Of a stretch of DNA of 46,946 bases, positions 46,277 through 46,946 are shown in pieces. Below the pieces are notes generated by a model. That model saw only the letters and a program-made list of their open reading frames with translations, was not told the DNA's origin and did not search any database. Source of the DNA: Vezdaea acicularis (Eukaryota); NCBI GenBank assembly GCA_026025075.1, contig JAPEUI010000011.1, positions 186,001-232,946 on the forward strand, given 5' to 3'. The first letter of the stretch is position 1. Each line of letters begins with the position of its first letter. A program made the translations under genes and the position numbers.

Positions 46277-46946
46277 TCAATCGTCCCATCCATCCAGGGG
46301 CGCTGGCCATCGTCGACCCGAGCGCCGTTGCGATTGGTTCCTGGATCTTGGCAGCGCACAACGCCCATCTCTCCGCCCCCCCGGCGAGCCAGGATACGGC
46401 AGCAGCAGCAGCCTCCCTCTCCCCACCACCGTGCCCTCGACCACCGATCGCACGTTGACAGGGCGAAAATCCCCGACGCGATCCGCCGCCCTTGGGGCCC
46501 GGCCGACCCTGCCACGGCACTTTCGCGCGGATGACATAAGATCGGGGTCCGGCCGTGACCCCTCCGTCTCCCTCTCGCTTTCTCTCTTTCCCCTCTCTCC
46601 TCTCCCCTTGGACGGCCCATGGGATGGTGACCAGTGCCGTGTGCTACCCTTGCACCAGATTGTTTGTCGCTGGACGACACTCCCGGCGGCGCCAGGGGAC
46701 ACGCCCCTTGGACTGTGGTTGGGAGAGCAAAGCGAGCCTGTCACGTCACTGTCACGAGCGTTGCCAGATCGTCGTATTTGCTCGAATGCGGGCGCGGAGG
46801 CGGAGGGGCAGGGTGAGGGCCAGGGCCGGGGTCGTGGTTGGCGGAGGGGCCGATGTCTCGCTAAGCCACAGCCAGCCAGAGGAGCGCGGCGTGGCCCAGC
46901 GTGCCCAGGCGTGCCAGGCGTGCCAGGACGGGCGCCGTAGGATCTT

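Noticed and set aside
1..46946. tRNA, rRNA or transposon
   Set aside because: GTTCGA-like hits lack cloverleaf context. No rRNA-like stretch, transposase/RT ORF, TIR or LTR pair was seen by eye; small or intron-containing RNAs could be missed.

Overview
Gene-dense eukaryotic DNA from a filamentous ascomycete (Pezizomycotina-like, judged from short GT-AG introns with CTRAY branch points and from the gene families). I reconstructed 15 protein-coding genes by hand, and every spliced model closes in frame. In order: secreted FAD-linked oxidoreductase (+), RPL38 (+, missed by the ORF track), NAT9-like GNAT (-), DNA polymerase delta small subunit (-), F-BAR/DEP/RhoGAP Rgd2/Rga8 (+), DHA2 MFS transporter (+), a bipartite Ser/Thr/Cys-rich surface-type protein (+), DGAT2/DGA1 (-), a fucosyltransferase-like membrane protein (-), kinesin-7 KipA (-), KIN28/CDK7 (-), FYV4/mS41 (+), a DUF3074 protein (-), a ~1927-aa Q/P-rich protein needing a GC-AG first intron (+), and an STK19-family protein (-). 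About 14-19.1 kb looks accessory: short direct repeats, the Cys-rich gene, a frameshifted PTH11-type receptor relic, and a codon-biased frame broken only by two TAG stops in the same GAS-TTG-TAG-G context. I recognised no tRNA, rRNA, CRISPR array or intact transposon. All family calls rest on motif recognition, not database searches. I found no clearly new multi-gene system; the best leads are single-locus oddities.
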